A DNA stretch of 64,000 bases, taken from Octopus vulgaris. Taxonomy: Eukaryota. The stretch is from assembly GCA_951406725.2 (NCBI GenBank), contig OX597817.1, positions 101,246,001 through 101,310,000 of the forward strand, read 5' to 3'. The notes beneath the pieces are model-generated. The model did no database searches. It was not told where the DNA came from and was given only the letters and a program-made list of their open reading frames with translations. Every line of letters starts with the position of its first letter. The stretch's first letter is position 1. Position numbers and translations under genes: made by a program. This document shows, one piece after another, positions 1-12,537 of this stretch.

Positions 1-78
1 ATATATATATACGGTATGTTCTATATATGTGTGTGTGTGTGTGAAAATATATATAAATTTAAATGTATGTGTAGGTAA

Positions 79-108
<30 letters not shown>

Positions 109-115
<7 letters not shown>

Positions 116-417
116 GGTTGTATACTGTCAATCTAACAAGAACGTGACAGTAGGGGGTACACCACCGTTATATAGCCTAGGAGGCATCGAACGCCTCCTG
201 ACAGCTTCGACACATTTTATCATGTGTCCTTATATACACATACGAACACAGGATAAAATGTGTCGAAGCTGTCAGGAGGCGTTCGATGCCTCCTAGGGCT
301 ATATAACGGTGGTGTACCCCCTACTGTCACGTTCTTGTTAGATTGACAGTATACAACCATTATATCGCTCCACCACCGTACACCTCTCTACGAGAGATTT
401 AGAAACTCAATATTTCT

Positions 418-418
<1 letters not shown>
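109..418. mobile_element. Foldback element (~119-bp inverted arms plus tail) in (TA)n; probable Penelope-like terminal-repeat derivative
   Basis: Arms 109-227 and 246-365 are near-perfect reverse complements. The tail CCGT..CTCT..GAGAGATTTAGAAA resembles the tails at 11998-12030 and 27428-27460. Confidence 0.7.
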
Positions 419-516
<98 letters not shown>

Positions 517-554
517 TGTACGTATGTATGTGCGTGTGCATGTGCATGTGTATG

Positions 555-1013
555 CGTGTACGTGTCCGAGCGTTAAATGTTAAAGCCCAGCTAAGGAGAA
601 TTGCATGTGTTACCAACCATGAAGAAAAAAATCAGCAATACAAAGAAATGAAATACTAATCCCTTTTAAACGGCAACCACTTTAACAGTACCAGAATCAC
701 CATCCCACTACATCTATACATTCAAAGCAGTTTACCAACGGTCGGTCAGTAACAGCACACCCTGATAAGCTCAGAGGCTACTACTAAATTCAGACCACGA
801 CAGACAGGATGTTCCTGAAGCCGAAGATTATAAACTTACGGAGAAAATATTTACATATCGCCTGAGGAAACACAACTAGGTCTCATAATGCAGGGAAACA
901 GTTGCATAATCACGTACCTGCACACTTGGAGAATTACGTTGCGTGGAAACAATTGTATTGATTAAAAAATAAATGTCCAACCGTACTCCTTGTTGACTCC
1001 AGTTTTTTCAATT
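555..1013 (+). mobile_element. 3' fragment of a Penelope-like element (decayed ORF end plus HHR-bearing terminal region)
   Basis: Lies between microsatellites and contains the HHR-like motif at 857-962. Assignment of the ORF remnant is tentative. Confidence 0.45.
857..962 (+). ncRNA. Degenerate type I hammerhead ribozyme with long stem II
   Basis: CTGAGGA (862-868), stem II ACACAAC/GTTGCGT (one mismatch), GAAA (946-949), palindromic stem III ACAATTGT, GUA triplet, weak stem I ATCG/TGAT. Confidence 0.5.
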
Positions 1014-2829
1014 ATATATATATATGTTCTTTTTTAATACATATCTGAATAAATGGTCTTTTGAGAGATTGGCATTAATCTCAGACAATGTAATCTATCA
1101 TAGGCATAGGCAAGATTGTGTAGTCAGGAATTTCGCCCTACACCTAATTAACGCGTCATACCACAAGGAAGAGCAATGTGTATGTATGTATGTATGTATG
1201 TATGTATGTATGTATGTATGTATGTATTATGTATGTATAGTTTTCAAGTGTACATGCTTTTGACCTCGATGTGTATATAGACTCTATGATCAAACTAAAA
1301 AGTTCTCACTGCAGATGGAACCGAAGAGTTATTTTATTAAGTTTCACCTTGTCGACTTGTTGAGAACCTCTAGTTTATTTATTCCACTGGTAATCAGAGT
1401 AACGCAATCATCCACAATGTAAACAAAGAATCAAAACTTTTCTTTAGTTTACGTGAATAAAATTTTCATGTTTTTAAAGCCAAGAGAACGAACCTCTGCT
1501 ATGTTTATACAACGTTCAAACTGTATCAAAAAGTTTTATATTGGTTATGTTCTTCTTTCAAAGGTGTTTATAATTTATCCCATCGACAAAACCAAGTTAA
1601 ATGACTTATTTAAATATGTCTCAGAGATAGTTATTCTTTTCTTTTTACTTGCTTCAGTCATTAGACTATGACCATGCCGGAGCAAACTCTTGAAGTTATG
1701 ATAATGATAATGTTTTTGGAATTCTACATTTGTAATCCTCAATTGCTGCGGATTACCCATTAGTGTAAATGAACACAACCTTGTATGCGAAGCAAACAAC
1801 TAGTCTGCGTATACATTCTTACATAAAATTGATAGAACACTTCATTCACTTTTCTTCACCGAAGCTCTTGAAATATATCAGGGCTGTATAAATATCTAAA
1901 TTTACAGCTTTAACATCTAGGATTTGGAAGTATCACACCTGAATCCAAGCTGCACTTAAACAAAGCATCTAGGAAATTCAACTTGCCAGAAAAAGCAGCC
2001 CTTTTCCCCTCAAATCACGTCCTACATTCTTTAAAACATTATAATAATTGGATAATATTGTATCAGCTACACAATGGCTAAAGATAAATGGTTATTATCA
2101 CACCTAAAATGCATTTGGTTATAGAGTGCTCTATCACGGCTGATTCTAGGCGGATTCTAGTATCAACTAACACATAATTAGACTAGAATTAAGGAATCAT
2201 GCTCAGCTTCTCTACTATACTTCATAACATAAACTATAAACTACTACATGTGTATAGCAGAATATAATTCAACGAAGGCGGATGACCGGCATATCTGGAA
2301 CAACGAATATGTGGATAGCACCCAGCCATTAGACTATTTATATATATGGATGGTTGATCTATCCTACAGAGGTTAACTTTGGACTAAACAACAATTGTAT
2401 TTAAATCTGTAAAATCACATAAAATAAATACAGTAAAAATTATTAAATCATTGCTAATTAGAAGATAAAAATATACTCCTGACAGTAATTTCAAATATTT
2501 TTACTCATGAAAATAAAACTACTTGTCAAAAAAGTGATTTATCCCTGAATTTATATTTAGACAGTTTCTTTAAAATATGAATTTCAAAATAATTTTCATT
2601 AGGATTGTAAATTAATAAAACTGACGCTATATTTTTAGGATTTAATTCAGGTGGATGTTATAATTATCTCTTGCTTTTAAATATTTTCTCTTGAGAAAAT
2701 GCTGGATTATTTTCTTTTAAACTTTGGAACGGCTTCCTTGAAATTAAATTAGAAATGTCATTTACATACGAGTGTTTATATGTAAGTATGTATGTTTGTA
2801 TGTATGCTATGGGTATATGTATGTATTTA

Positions 2830-3460
2830 AGTACGGCCTGCTTGATCTGCAGCAGCGGTGACATCTGCTGCGCCTCCCACGTGCTCTTTCGTATTCTCTG
2901 TGTAGTTTCTCCTCAATGGCTGGAATTACGATCTTGAGCGAGTTGTGCCATTCCTTGCACCGGAAGGCCTTCCCCTCCAAGGTATCTGGAGTGATGTCGG
3001 AGTTCTTCATATGTTTCTTCAGCATATGGCTGTATTGCAACCTCTGACTACCACAGCTCCTCCTGCCTTGGTGCATTTCAGCGTAGTAAACTGCCTTTGG
3101 GATCTTGTAGCCTTCCATCTTGCAAATATGTCCTGCCCAATACAGCTGCAATCAGGCAATGGGTGCCTCCACATTAACCTAGGCAGCGCGGCGCAGGACA
3201 TCTATATCAAGAATGCGACACTGCCATCTGATATGCAAATAGAGCGCAGATGATGAAGTTGAACTCGCATTAGGGTTTTGATATGCCTTTGGTAGAGGAC
3301 CATGCATTCTGTGGCATAGAGGAAGCAAATGATAACTGTGACACTGTACATTATCATCCTCTTTTGGCGGTTGAATAATGCCATGGCAGCTCTATAGACG
3401 CTCTTCAAGTGAGCCAAAAGCCTTTGTGACAGATGGTATTCTCCTCTCAACTTCGCGGTC
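2830..3460 (-). mobile_element. RTE-clade LINE 3' fragment (frameshifted)
   Basis: ORF pieces FLYATECMVLYQRHIKTL..QLHHLRSI and QLYWAGHICKMEGYKIPKAVYY match the RTE post-RT region, as does the ORF at 62161. Confidence 0.8.
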
Positions 3461-4269
3461 AGAAGACCTAATACAAGTCAATGCGGTGTACAAGAGTCCA
3501 ACGAGCATAGCCAACGATGGAGCTGCCCAGCAATAACAGTTAACTTGCTACTTGACGTCCAACCATTGTCTAATGGTAGAGATCTTCCGCTTCGCCGCAA
3601 TAATCTTCAAGCCGTTCATCTAAGAGGCTAAAGGCATAAAAAACAACAAATTTTGGCTAGAATTTTTCTTGTCAGTTATCCAATGTTCTGTTGCCGACGT
3701 CTTCATCGAACCCCTGACACGGGAGGCTAAGAGGTTGCTAGCACTTGCCTAAGGTGCCACCCCAGACTACGGACGGAAAGGGCGGCTTACTCTCCCTTTG
3801 ACGGTCTACTATCTTTCTGTCATTATGTTGACCACTTTCTCTATTTCATCTCTCGTTCTGTTTTTATTTAAATATTTATAGGTTATGAATCTTGGCACTT
3901 CTTTTTCCTTTCGCTACATCCTTTCCCTCCACCTCCTCTGAAATTCCGTAGTGATCGCCACTAATCTTCCGCGTTCCTTAGTGATCATCCCTGAATTATG
4001 ATTAGCTAGATCTCCAATAATTAAAGTTAATATTCGATTAGTTCTGTCATAATTAATCGGCGAACTTTTATCAAGGTTAATTAAGTCAACGAATACGTAA
4101 CGCCGGGATTTATTAACCATGTGATTCATTCATGTAGCACAACGTAATGATCCGGTGTGGGGTATGTACCTGGTGCACTCTTTTCATACAGGTAGCCATG
4201 GTGGGTATATTGAGCTTCATATATTTGTATCCTAGTGTCACTTTGAAGACATGCGTTGCTCTCTCATTC

Positions 4270-4270
4270 A

Positions 4271-4351
<81 letters not shown>

Positions 4352-4366
4352 TTAATAATAATAATA
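4270..4366. repeat. (AAT)n microsatellite
   Basis: Seen directly in the sequence. Confidence 0.98.
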
Positions 4367-6270
4367 GAATCTCTTAATGTTGGAGATGTAAGAATTTCAT
4401 TTGTCATTTTCCAGGATGATTCTCTATCACCACTCCCCATTTGTTTAGCCTTAATACTGCTCCCGAAATTGCTCAATGATGTACAATACGTTATATAACT
4501 GTTTGATAAAAATATAAATGATCTCATTTACATGGATGATTTAAAGCTCTTTGCAAAGATGACCAACGGCTACATGGCTTACTAGCGATTGTTAAACAAT
4601 TCAATGATGACATCAGGATGCAATTTGGCCTCGATAAATGTGCAAAAGCTACATTTATCAAAGGAAAAATAACAGAAACATCTACCGTTAGATGTTTCTG
4701 TCATAGCAGAATATCATAAAGGAGTTAGAACCAGCGGATAGCTACAAATACCTAGGGGTAATTGAAGGAGACGGAAAAAAACATTCAGTGATGAGGGAAA
4801 GGATCAGAAGAGAATGTTATCGCAGGGTAAGGGCAATACTCAAGACAGAGCTGAATGTAAGAAACAGGATCGAAGCGATCAATACTTTAGCTATACCTGT
4901 CGTGACTTACAGTTTCAATATCATTAACTGGTCAATTACTGAAATATAATCTTGACAGAAAAATACAAAAATTGTTGACAATGCATAGAATGCACCACCA
5001 TAGGGCAGATATAAAACGACTTTATCTGCCAAGAAAAGATGGAAGCCGTGGACTTTTACAATTGGAATTAACAATGAAGATTGTCACAATTAGCTTAGAT
5101 GCCTACCTGAAACGTTCTGGTGACTGGATGTTAAAACTTGTCTCAAAAGATGAAAGCAAGAAAGCATCATACTCAGTAAAAAAAAAAAAACAGGCAAAGA
5201 AATATCTAAGTGAATTCCAAATACAACAAATTCTAGAATTAGACGTACGAGAAACAAGCACAGAAAAAGTTAAGCATATGAAAACCCGTGCTAAAACTGC
5301 TGCCTTAGATATTCTGAATGGTAAATGGCAAGAAAAACCTCTCAACGGCAAATACCCAAAGAGAGCTAATAATGCCGATGTTCACAAACTCCTTACCTAT
5401 CAATGTTTAATGGCCTCTGGCTTAAACTCAGAAGGGTTTATCATAGCAGCTCAAGATCAATGCCTACCTACAAGGAACTACCAGGCCGACATATTAGAGA
5501 ACGGCAGCTTCCAAACATGACGTGTATTTCAACAACAAAATGAGACCATTGATCATGTCTCCATGTGTAGTTTTCTTGTGCCTACAGAGTATCTCAATAG
5601 GCATGATAGACCTGCACAATATATTCACTGGGCAATTTGCAAAAACCTGAACCTGCCCCATGATAAAAACTGGTGGGAACACAAAACACCTCCAGTGCTT
5701 GAAAATGACCACATCTCACTCCTCTGGAACTTTACCATTCAAAATGACAGAAAGATAGATGCGAATAGGCCAGACATTATATTGAAAGGCTTGAGACAAA
5801 AATCATGCCTCCTCATTGATATGACATTCCCAATCGATATAAATGTATCTGTCAAGATCTACCACAAGCTGAACAAATATAAAGATCTTGAAATAGAAAT
5901 TGACAAAATGTGGAACCTGATGACTAAAACAATACATGTTGTCATAGGTGCCCTAGAAATGATAGCAAAGAGACTGATTGCTACTTAGCTCAGATACTAG
6001 GAAACCCCAAAATGGCAGAAATTCAAAAGATAAATCTCATAGGAACTGCCCACATCCTACGTAAAATACTGTCTATGTAATCTTAAATTTTAAAACAAAC
6101 TCAATTTTCTTATGTTTTCTTAAACATTCTCTAGAATAATACTATGCGCAAAACCAAATATATCACGCCCTCGGCATAACACCAGCATGTACTTCTAAGT
6201 TGTTGTCTCTTGAGGTCACTGAGTGAAACTTGGAATCAACTTGTACAAATACAAAGTAAAAGTCAAACAT
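4367..6270 (+). mobile_element. 5'-truncated R4/Dong-like LINE (RT C-terminus, zinc knuckle remnant, restriction-like endonuclease), frameshifted
   Basis: FQDDSLSPL, YMDDLKL, IAAQDQCL, RHD and RPDI..LIDMTFP..KYKDL motifs. Both ends abut (AAT)n. Confidence 0.9.
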
Positions 6271-6282
6271 AATAATAATAAT

Positions 6283-6570
6283 GCCCTGATGCAGAACCAG
6301 TCAGCGGCTCTCATGGCTTCTCATTTTAACTGATCGGAAGTGTTACCATGTATATTGTTTTGTCTTGGTATAAAAGAAACGCAATAGCAAATATTCTGTG
6401 CAATACCATAGATTTCATTGTCAGTTGGTTCACTTTAACCAGTTGAGCACTCTCTTAGTGGCTGACGATATGTGCATCTCGGATCTTTAACAGAAGTAGT
6501 GGGGGAGCATCATAGCCATATGTCGAGAGGAATTCTTTGGGGTTTGGATAATTCACCTTTGGAAACATGG
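6283..6570. mobile_element. Partial copy of the non-autonomous repeat seen at 7394-7942 (opposite orientation)
   Basis: Reverse-complement similarity to 7660-7942. Other partial copies lie at 4135-4268, 20227-20310, 59440-59680 and 60312-60445. Confidence 0.7.
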
Positions 6571-6835
6571 AAAATGGAGAAGGTGAAAATAGTGCCAATT
6601 ATTGTTGGGTCCTTAGAAACATTATAAGAAAGCATCAAGAGGAATATAAAGGTAATTGGAATAGAGTGTCCAATAGAAATGTTACAAAAGGTTTCCTTCC
6701 TTGGCATGACCAGAATAACCAGGAAAGTATTAGATAGCTGAAAAGAACGAATAACATGGTATTGTAGGCTGCAGGTAGTAAGCCCGCTACGCATTCAAGA
6801 CTCCAGGAGCTCCAACACATCCTGTGATAAAGAGA
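6570..6835 (+). mobile_element. 3' end of another RLE LINE
   Basis: VKIVPIIVGSL..LQKVSFLGMTRITRKVLDS, followed by a 3' UTR and (AAT)n. Confidence 0.75.
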
Positions 6836-6863
6836 TAATAATAATAAAAATAATGATAATAAT

Positions 6864-6935
<72 letters not shown>

Positions 6936-7224
6936 GATATATCTTGCATATAATAAAACCTGTCGGTCACGCTCGATGGAGAGGAGAGTGAAAGAACAAC
7001 TGCAGCGAGAGTGGGTGATAGAAAGACGACAGCATTTAAAGGCTTTCATCCGAAGACGCTGGTAGTTTAATAAAAATAATATTGCAAATTTTTATTACCT
7101 GTATCATTTTCCCTCTCTCTCTTTTCTTCTCACACACATACTCAAACGCACGCATGCATGACCACACATACACACATGAAATTAAATATTATATACATTA
7201 TTTACATTATTCACATCTAACGGA

Positions 7225-7258
7225 ACACAACGTTTCGGCTCCAGCTTTCATCAGGTGT
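7225..7258 (-). ncRNA. Minimal type I hammerhead ribozyme motif
   Basis: Minus strand reads ACAC CTGATGA A AGC TGGA GCC GAAA CG TT GTGT: stem I 4 bp, short stem II, palindromic ACGT stem III. Confidence 0.65.
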
Positions 7259-7330
7259 ATTGGGGAAATTTTGAACCTCGGTTCTCATTCCTAAGGTATT
7301 TTTCGATGTCGTTGTTGTTGTTGTTGTTGA

Positions 7331-7393
<63 letters not shown>

Positions 7394-7394
<1 letters not shown>

Positions 7395-7942
7395 GAGTGA
7401 GAGAGCAGTGCATGCCATCAAAGTGACACTGGGGTAAAATATACGAAGCCCAGTATACCCATCATGACTACCCGTCTGATAAGGGTACACCAGGCACATG
7501 CATCACAACCATATGTGCGCGACATAATGATCTCATATCAAGATAAACAGCACATGACCTTGCAGGTGGGGCCCAGTTAGAACTTTCTTCTGGTGGAGTA
7601 ACCAATCCTGCTCAAAAGGTCCGTGAATAAGTGTTGTTTAAGGATGTTGAACGAAACACCCATGTTTCCAGAGGTAAATTATTCAAGCCTTAAAGAATCC
7701 CTCTCAATACATGGTTATGATGCTACCCCACTACTTCTGCTCGTGATCAGAGATGCACATATCGTCAGCCACTAAGAGACATGCTCAACTGGTTAAGGTC
7801 AAACAGCTAACTAGCAAATCTGTGGTATTGAGCAGAATATTTGTTGTAGCCCATCTTTTGTACAAAGACAAAACGATGTACATAATAACACTTCCAATCA
7901 GCTAAGATCAGAAGCCACGAGAGCCACTGCCTGGTACTGCAT
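7394..7942. mobile_element. ~550-bp non-autonomous repeat lying between (TTA)n and (CAT)n tracts
   Basis: Several partial copies in the window, most adjacent to (AAT)n. No ORF. Confidence 0.7.
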
Positions 7943-7973
<31 letters not shown>

Positions 7974-8070
7974 CCATCACCATCACCATCCTCCTCCTCC
8001 TCCTCCTCCTCCTCATCATCATCATCATCATCATCATCATCAACATCAACATCAACATCATCATCAACAG

Positions 8071-8143
<73 letters not shown>

Positions 8144-8181
8144 TTCTTCTTCTTCTTCTTCTTCTTCTTCTTCTTCTTCTT
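7943..8181. repeat. Compound (CAT)n/(CCT)n/(CTT)n microsatellite
   Basis: Seen directly in the sequence. Confidence 0.95.
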
Positions 8182-8564
8182 CAGGTCACTGCCTGGAATC
8201 GTCCACACTTCCCGCCTCCTCCTCTATGCCACCATCCGTCCCACCCGCTCCCTCTTTCACACACTCGACCACCAACTCCCCCAAGCTTACCTCCTTTCTT
8301 CCCTCTGCCCTCCACCCTCCACCCAACCCATTCTCCGCTTCCATCTTGATCTCAACCACCAACTCCACAATTTCCTCACACAAAAAAAAAAAACTCCACC
8401 GCCTTCTCTCCCCTTACACATCCCCGACACCATCCCCCTCAGCTCCCCGACCCCTTCCACTCCCGCAGCCATCACGGTTCTCCCCACGCACCCTACGCAC
8501 TACCATTCAATACATAATATATACATACACACACACATACATATACATATATATACATATATAG

Positions 8565-8805
8565 ACCACACGCATGATTTGTTTATAGTGATCAAATGTT
8601 TGCGTTCACATAAGCTCACTCCCTCCATCAAATCAACATCACTTGTACAGGCACAATATGCGTCACATGCCAGATAACGAAATGATCACAAGGGAACGTG
8701 AAATGAAGTGTTTTGCTCAAGAACACAAAGCAACGCCCGGTCTGGGAATCAAAACCACGATCTCACAATTGCGAGTGCAACAACCTAACCTCTAAGGAAT
8801 GAGCC
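8565..8805 (-). mobile_element. tRNA-derived SINE (decayed)
   Basis: Minus strand has A-box-like (AGAGGTTAGG) and B-box-like (GTTTTGATTCCC) motifs followed by TTCTTGAGCAAAACACTT. Confidence 0.6.
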
Positions 8806-9164
8806 TTTATATATATATATATATACATTGATGATGGGTCGTTATTTGTCTTACTTGTCCTGTTTTCCATTTTTTCTTTTCTGTGTGTATGTGTGTGTGT
8901 GTGTTTGTGTGAGTATGTGTAAGTGAGTCTGTGTATGTATGAGGCGGTTATTTTAAGTCTAATTTTAAGACTGTATGGCCAAAAAATTCTCAGATGGGCC
9001 ATGTCAGCATATGAAGGTGTCCAAATTTCGAGAAAAGAAGAGTAAGTTAAATTGCATGAAATCTAGAGCTTTTAGAGGAAAACTAACATCAAATTTGATT
9101 TCAACATACTCAAATGAGTTGAGAAGTGCTGGTATTAATGCTACTAAAACTTTGTTTCCCTCTG

Positions 9165-9646
9165 TTATTCAAGCATAGACTCAGAATTGACTTGAGAATC
9201 ATAGGCATAAAGTATAACAGACGCCATCATTATTGATTCGACAGGCTCAATACTACAGAAGATAACTGTTCGCCATTTCCAGGCACTTATTTGATTCGTC
9301 GTTATTGAACGTTCTGTATAAGATTAATAGAAATTAACAATTGACAGCATTGCAGCGAATCCCTTCTGAAACAGACTTTTCTACTCTAGGCACAAGGCCT
9401 GACATTTTTGTGGGAGGGGGCGAGCCAATTAGATTGACCCAGTACGCAACTGGTACTTAATTTATCGACCTCGAAAGGATGAAATGCAAAGTCGACCTTG
9501 GCGGAATTTGAACTCAGAACGTAAATACAGACGAAATACAGTAGCATTTCGTCCGTCGTGCTAGCGTTTCTGACTGACTGACAAATGTTAATGACACGGT
9601 AAATTACTGTTTATTATATATGTAGAAGTTGCCTCCCTTAGATCAG
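9165..9646. repeat. Left arm of a long inverted repeat (partner 14851-15136), interrupted by a SINE
   Basis: 9165-9354 is the exact reverse complement of 14947-15136. The inner part is diverged. Confidence 0.9.
9378..9572 (-). mobile_element. tRNA-derived SINE (family A)
   Basis: Shares the GAGTTCAAATTCCGCC..GGTCGACTTTGC..TTTCATCCTTTCG core with 10949, 15925, 20799 and 35312. Confidence 0.85.
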
Positions 9647-10948
9647 GTTTAGTTATATTACAGTTGTTGTTTGTATCAAACTGGTACATACGTAAAAGAT
9701 GAAATGGGCTGAGAAATTAAATGGATAACAAAATGAACTCGGTTCACAAGAGAGATCAGAAGTATAATTAACTTATCAATTGGACGTCACTCACAGAAGA
9801 TATTAAAATGTTAACAAGATACAATTTTGTTGAGGAGAAAAAAAATCAAGTTTTTCAAATACAGAAATACCCCGTTTGACAGAAGTAATGCGCCTTTGGA
9901 AATTTTTTTCCGTAACGCGAAATTAATGATACCGTTGATTTTCATGTAATAAAGAGAGGATGCATTCCGACGAATTCTCTCGACAAATAAAGAATAAAAG
10001 AGTAATAAAGAAAAATAAGTAAAATAAAAAAAAAGGGATACGACGACCTCTATACGTAAAAATATCAATTTCAATACGCACACAGTCAAAATGTATTTAT
10101 GAAACATTTAAAATGAAATATGGAATAAATAAGAATTGTAATACCGTATTAAGTTACAGTCTTACCATAAGAGATGTTGACTACTAAGTGAGGACGAGGG
10201 TGGAATGAGAAATACTGGAAAGTTGAGGGACACTGTCGTATATCTTATAGTTCATTATCATTAACATACGGGTCGAAGAACTTATCCATCAACTTTTTCT
10301 ACAGCTCAGTGTAGGAACTGAGTTCATTGTAAATTTCATCTGTGATTTTTAAATTTTAGTTCATGATTAGGTTTGTTATCAGTAAAAACTCACTGACTCT
10401 CCTCCATAAGAACGAACCGTTTAACAATATTGTTTGCAATCAATTTAAGTGGAGTTGATGGAATTTCCGTATTCTCTACCTTGTTCTTATTCTAACAACA
10501 TTAACTCCTCGTTAGATAAACTTTTCTGCACACACACACACACAGACACACACGCGCGCGCGCGCACACACATACACACACACACACACACAAACACATA
10601 ATTAAATATTTGAACAACTTTATTTACTTACATTACTCTGTCAATGTTTACATCAGTGTTATGCACCCTTTATTCACGTGCGGTATACTTTTATATTCTT
10701 TTCAAAATTCGGCGGCACACCTGAACTAAAAAATATAACCGAAAGTATAGGGAAAAAAATTATATTCAGGTTACACTGCGGCACACCTAGTATCGTCTCC
10801 TGGCACACCAGCGTGCTGCAGCATACCGGTTTCGGCGCACAGGTTTACATGTCCAGCGCTGCAAAACCTTAATACAATGCACTAATTATTCTACTGCATG
10901 ATTACGTCCTTTCCCTACAAGCATGTTCTTGTTACAACATAACCTTTA

Positions 10949-11082
10949 AGGCGGCGAGCTGGCAGAATCGTTAGCACGCCGGGCAAAATGCTAAGCGGTA
11001 TTTCGTCCTTCTTTACGTTTTGATTTCAAGTTCCGCCAAGGTCAACATTGCCTCTCATCCCTTCGGAGTTTATAAAAGAAGC
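10949..11082 (+). mobile_element. tRNA-derived SINE (family A), 3'-truncated
   Basis: GGCGGCGAGCTGGCAGAATCGTTAGCACGCCGGGC head. Confidence 0.85.
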
Positions 11083-12133
11083 ACCTTTCTTCCAATGCTT
11101 GCTGTTCTCAATAGAGCAGATTTCTGAATGAATACAACTCTTTTAGTTACATCAATCTCAATAAGGGAGCTGTTAAGTTTATCGGTGACGTAGCCTAAGC
11201 ACCCATAACAACTGGCATTACTTTTGTAGAAACCCTCCATAATCGCCGTATTTCCCGAGCCAAATCCTGGTAATTTCCTATTTTCTCCTATACTTTGAAT
11301 GCTACATACATGTTCACAGATATAGCCACATCTATGATGGTGCTGTCCCTTTTCCCCTTGCCAAGAAATATTTCGTCTCTTAAAATTGTTGGCCTTGTGC
11401 CAAATTTGAAACGATTATCACATGACCCTATGTTATTTCAACATTGCTGTAGAAAAAGACGACAATATACCGTTAAAACTGAGGGATACAGTACCATTCA
11501 TTTTTGCAGAAAGGTGCTTGTCAACTTCGCCTACTGGAAACAGTTCAGTTAGAAGACGAAGACGGTCTGCGATTCCTATGCTGAGCTCTGAAGATTTCAA
11601 TATAAACATTATAAATGATTATTCGAAAGAATTATTTCCAAACGTGAGCGTATATTGAGGCTGCTTTTAACTCTTTCATTTTCACAGATAGTAGTTGTTG
11701 TATTTTACTTTATCAGCCGAATTAGCGTTATGACAAGAAGTAAATGTAAATCAATAATAGAAATATTAAAATTACTAAGTCTCTCTAAAAGAGAACACGG
11801 CAGCGTTCCTGGAAATTAATAGTTATCGCCATACTAATATGGCATTCTTGTTCGAAGGTTATATGGATACAGTTTGTGTATCAAATAGCTAACTTAAGGC
11901 GATGGCCTCATGGAGCTAATAAGCGGACAGCTTTATTCTTATTTTTATAAGAATGCCATATTAGTATGGCGATAACTATTAATTTCCAGGAACGCTGCCG
12001 TGTTCTCTTTTAGAGAGACTTAGTAATTTTAATATTTCTATTATTGAAAACAAGTGGACGTATTCCACCGAAACTAGGTAAATAAAACCTTCGAACAGAG
12101 ATAGTCGGAAGCGACACCTACTGGTCTGACTAC

Positions 12134-12175
12134 GCTACATTGACAAGGGGCAATACCCCGAAACGCGTCTGTAGC
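12134..12175 (+). ncRNA. Type I hammerhead ribozyme, U3:A8 core variant (copy 1)
   Basis: GCTACA TTGACAA GGGG CAATA CCCC GAAA CGCG TC TGTAGC: 6-bp stem I, 4-bp stem II, palindromic stem III, GUC triplet. Confidence 0.85.
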
Positions 12176-12495
12176 TGTCGATCAAGTAGTGTGGAGCGAC
12201 TGACCTCCCTTGTTCGAAGGTTATATGGATACAGTTTGTGTATCAAATAGCTAACTTAAGGCGATGGCCTCATGGAGTTAATAAGCGGACAGCTTTATTC
12301 TTATTTTTATAAGAATGCCATATTAGTATGGCGATAACTATTAATTTCCAGGAACGCTGCCGTGTTCTCTTTTAGAGAGACTTAGTAATTTTAATATTTC
12401 TATTATTGAAAACAAGTGGATGTATTCCACCGAAACTAGGTAAATAAAACCTTCGAACAGAGATAGTCGGAAGCGACACCTACTGGTCTGACTAC

Positions 12496-12537
12496 GCTAC
12501 ATTGACAAGGGGCAATACCCCGAAACGCGTCTGTAGC
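12496..12537 (+). ncRNA. Type I hammerhead ribozyme, U3:A8 core variant (copy 2)
   Basis: Identical to 12134-12175, 362 bp downstream. Confidence 0.85.

Noticed and set aside
8226-8564. Pro/Ser-rich ORF
   Set aside because: C-rich low-complexity fragment between microsatellites, with no recognisable domain or splice support.
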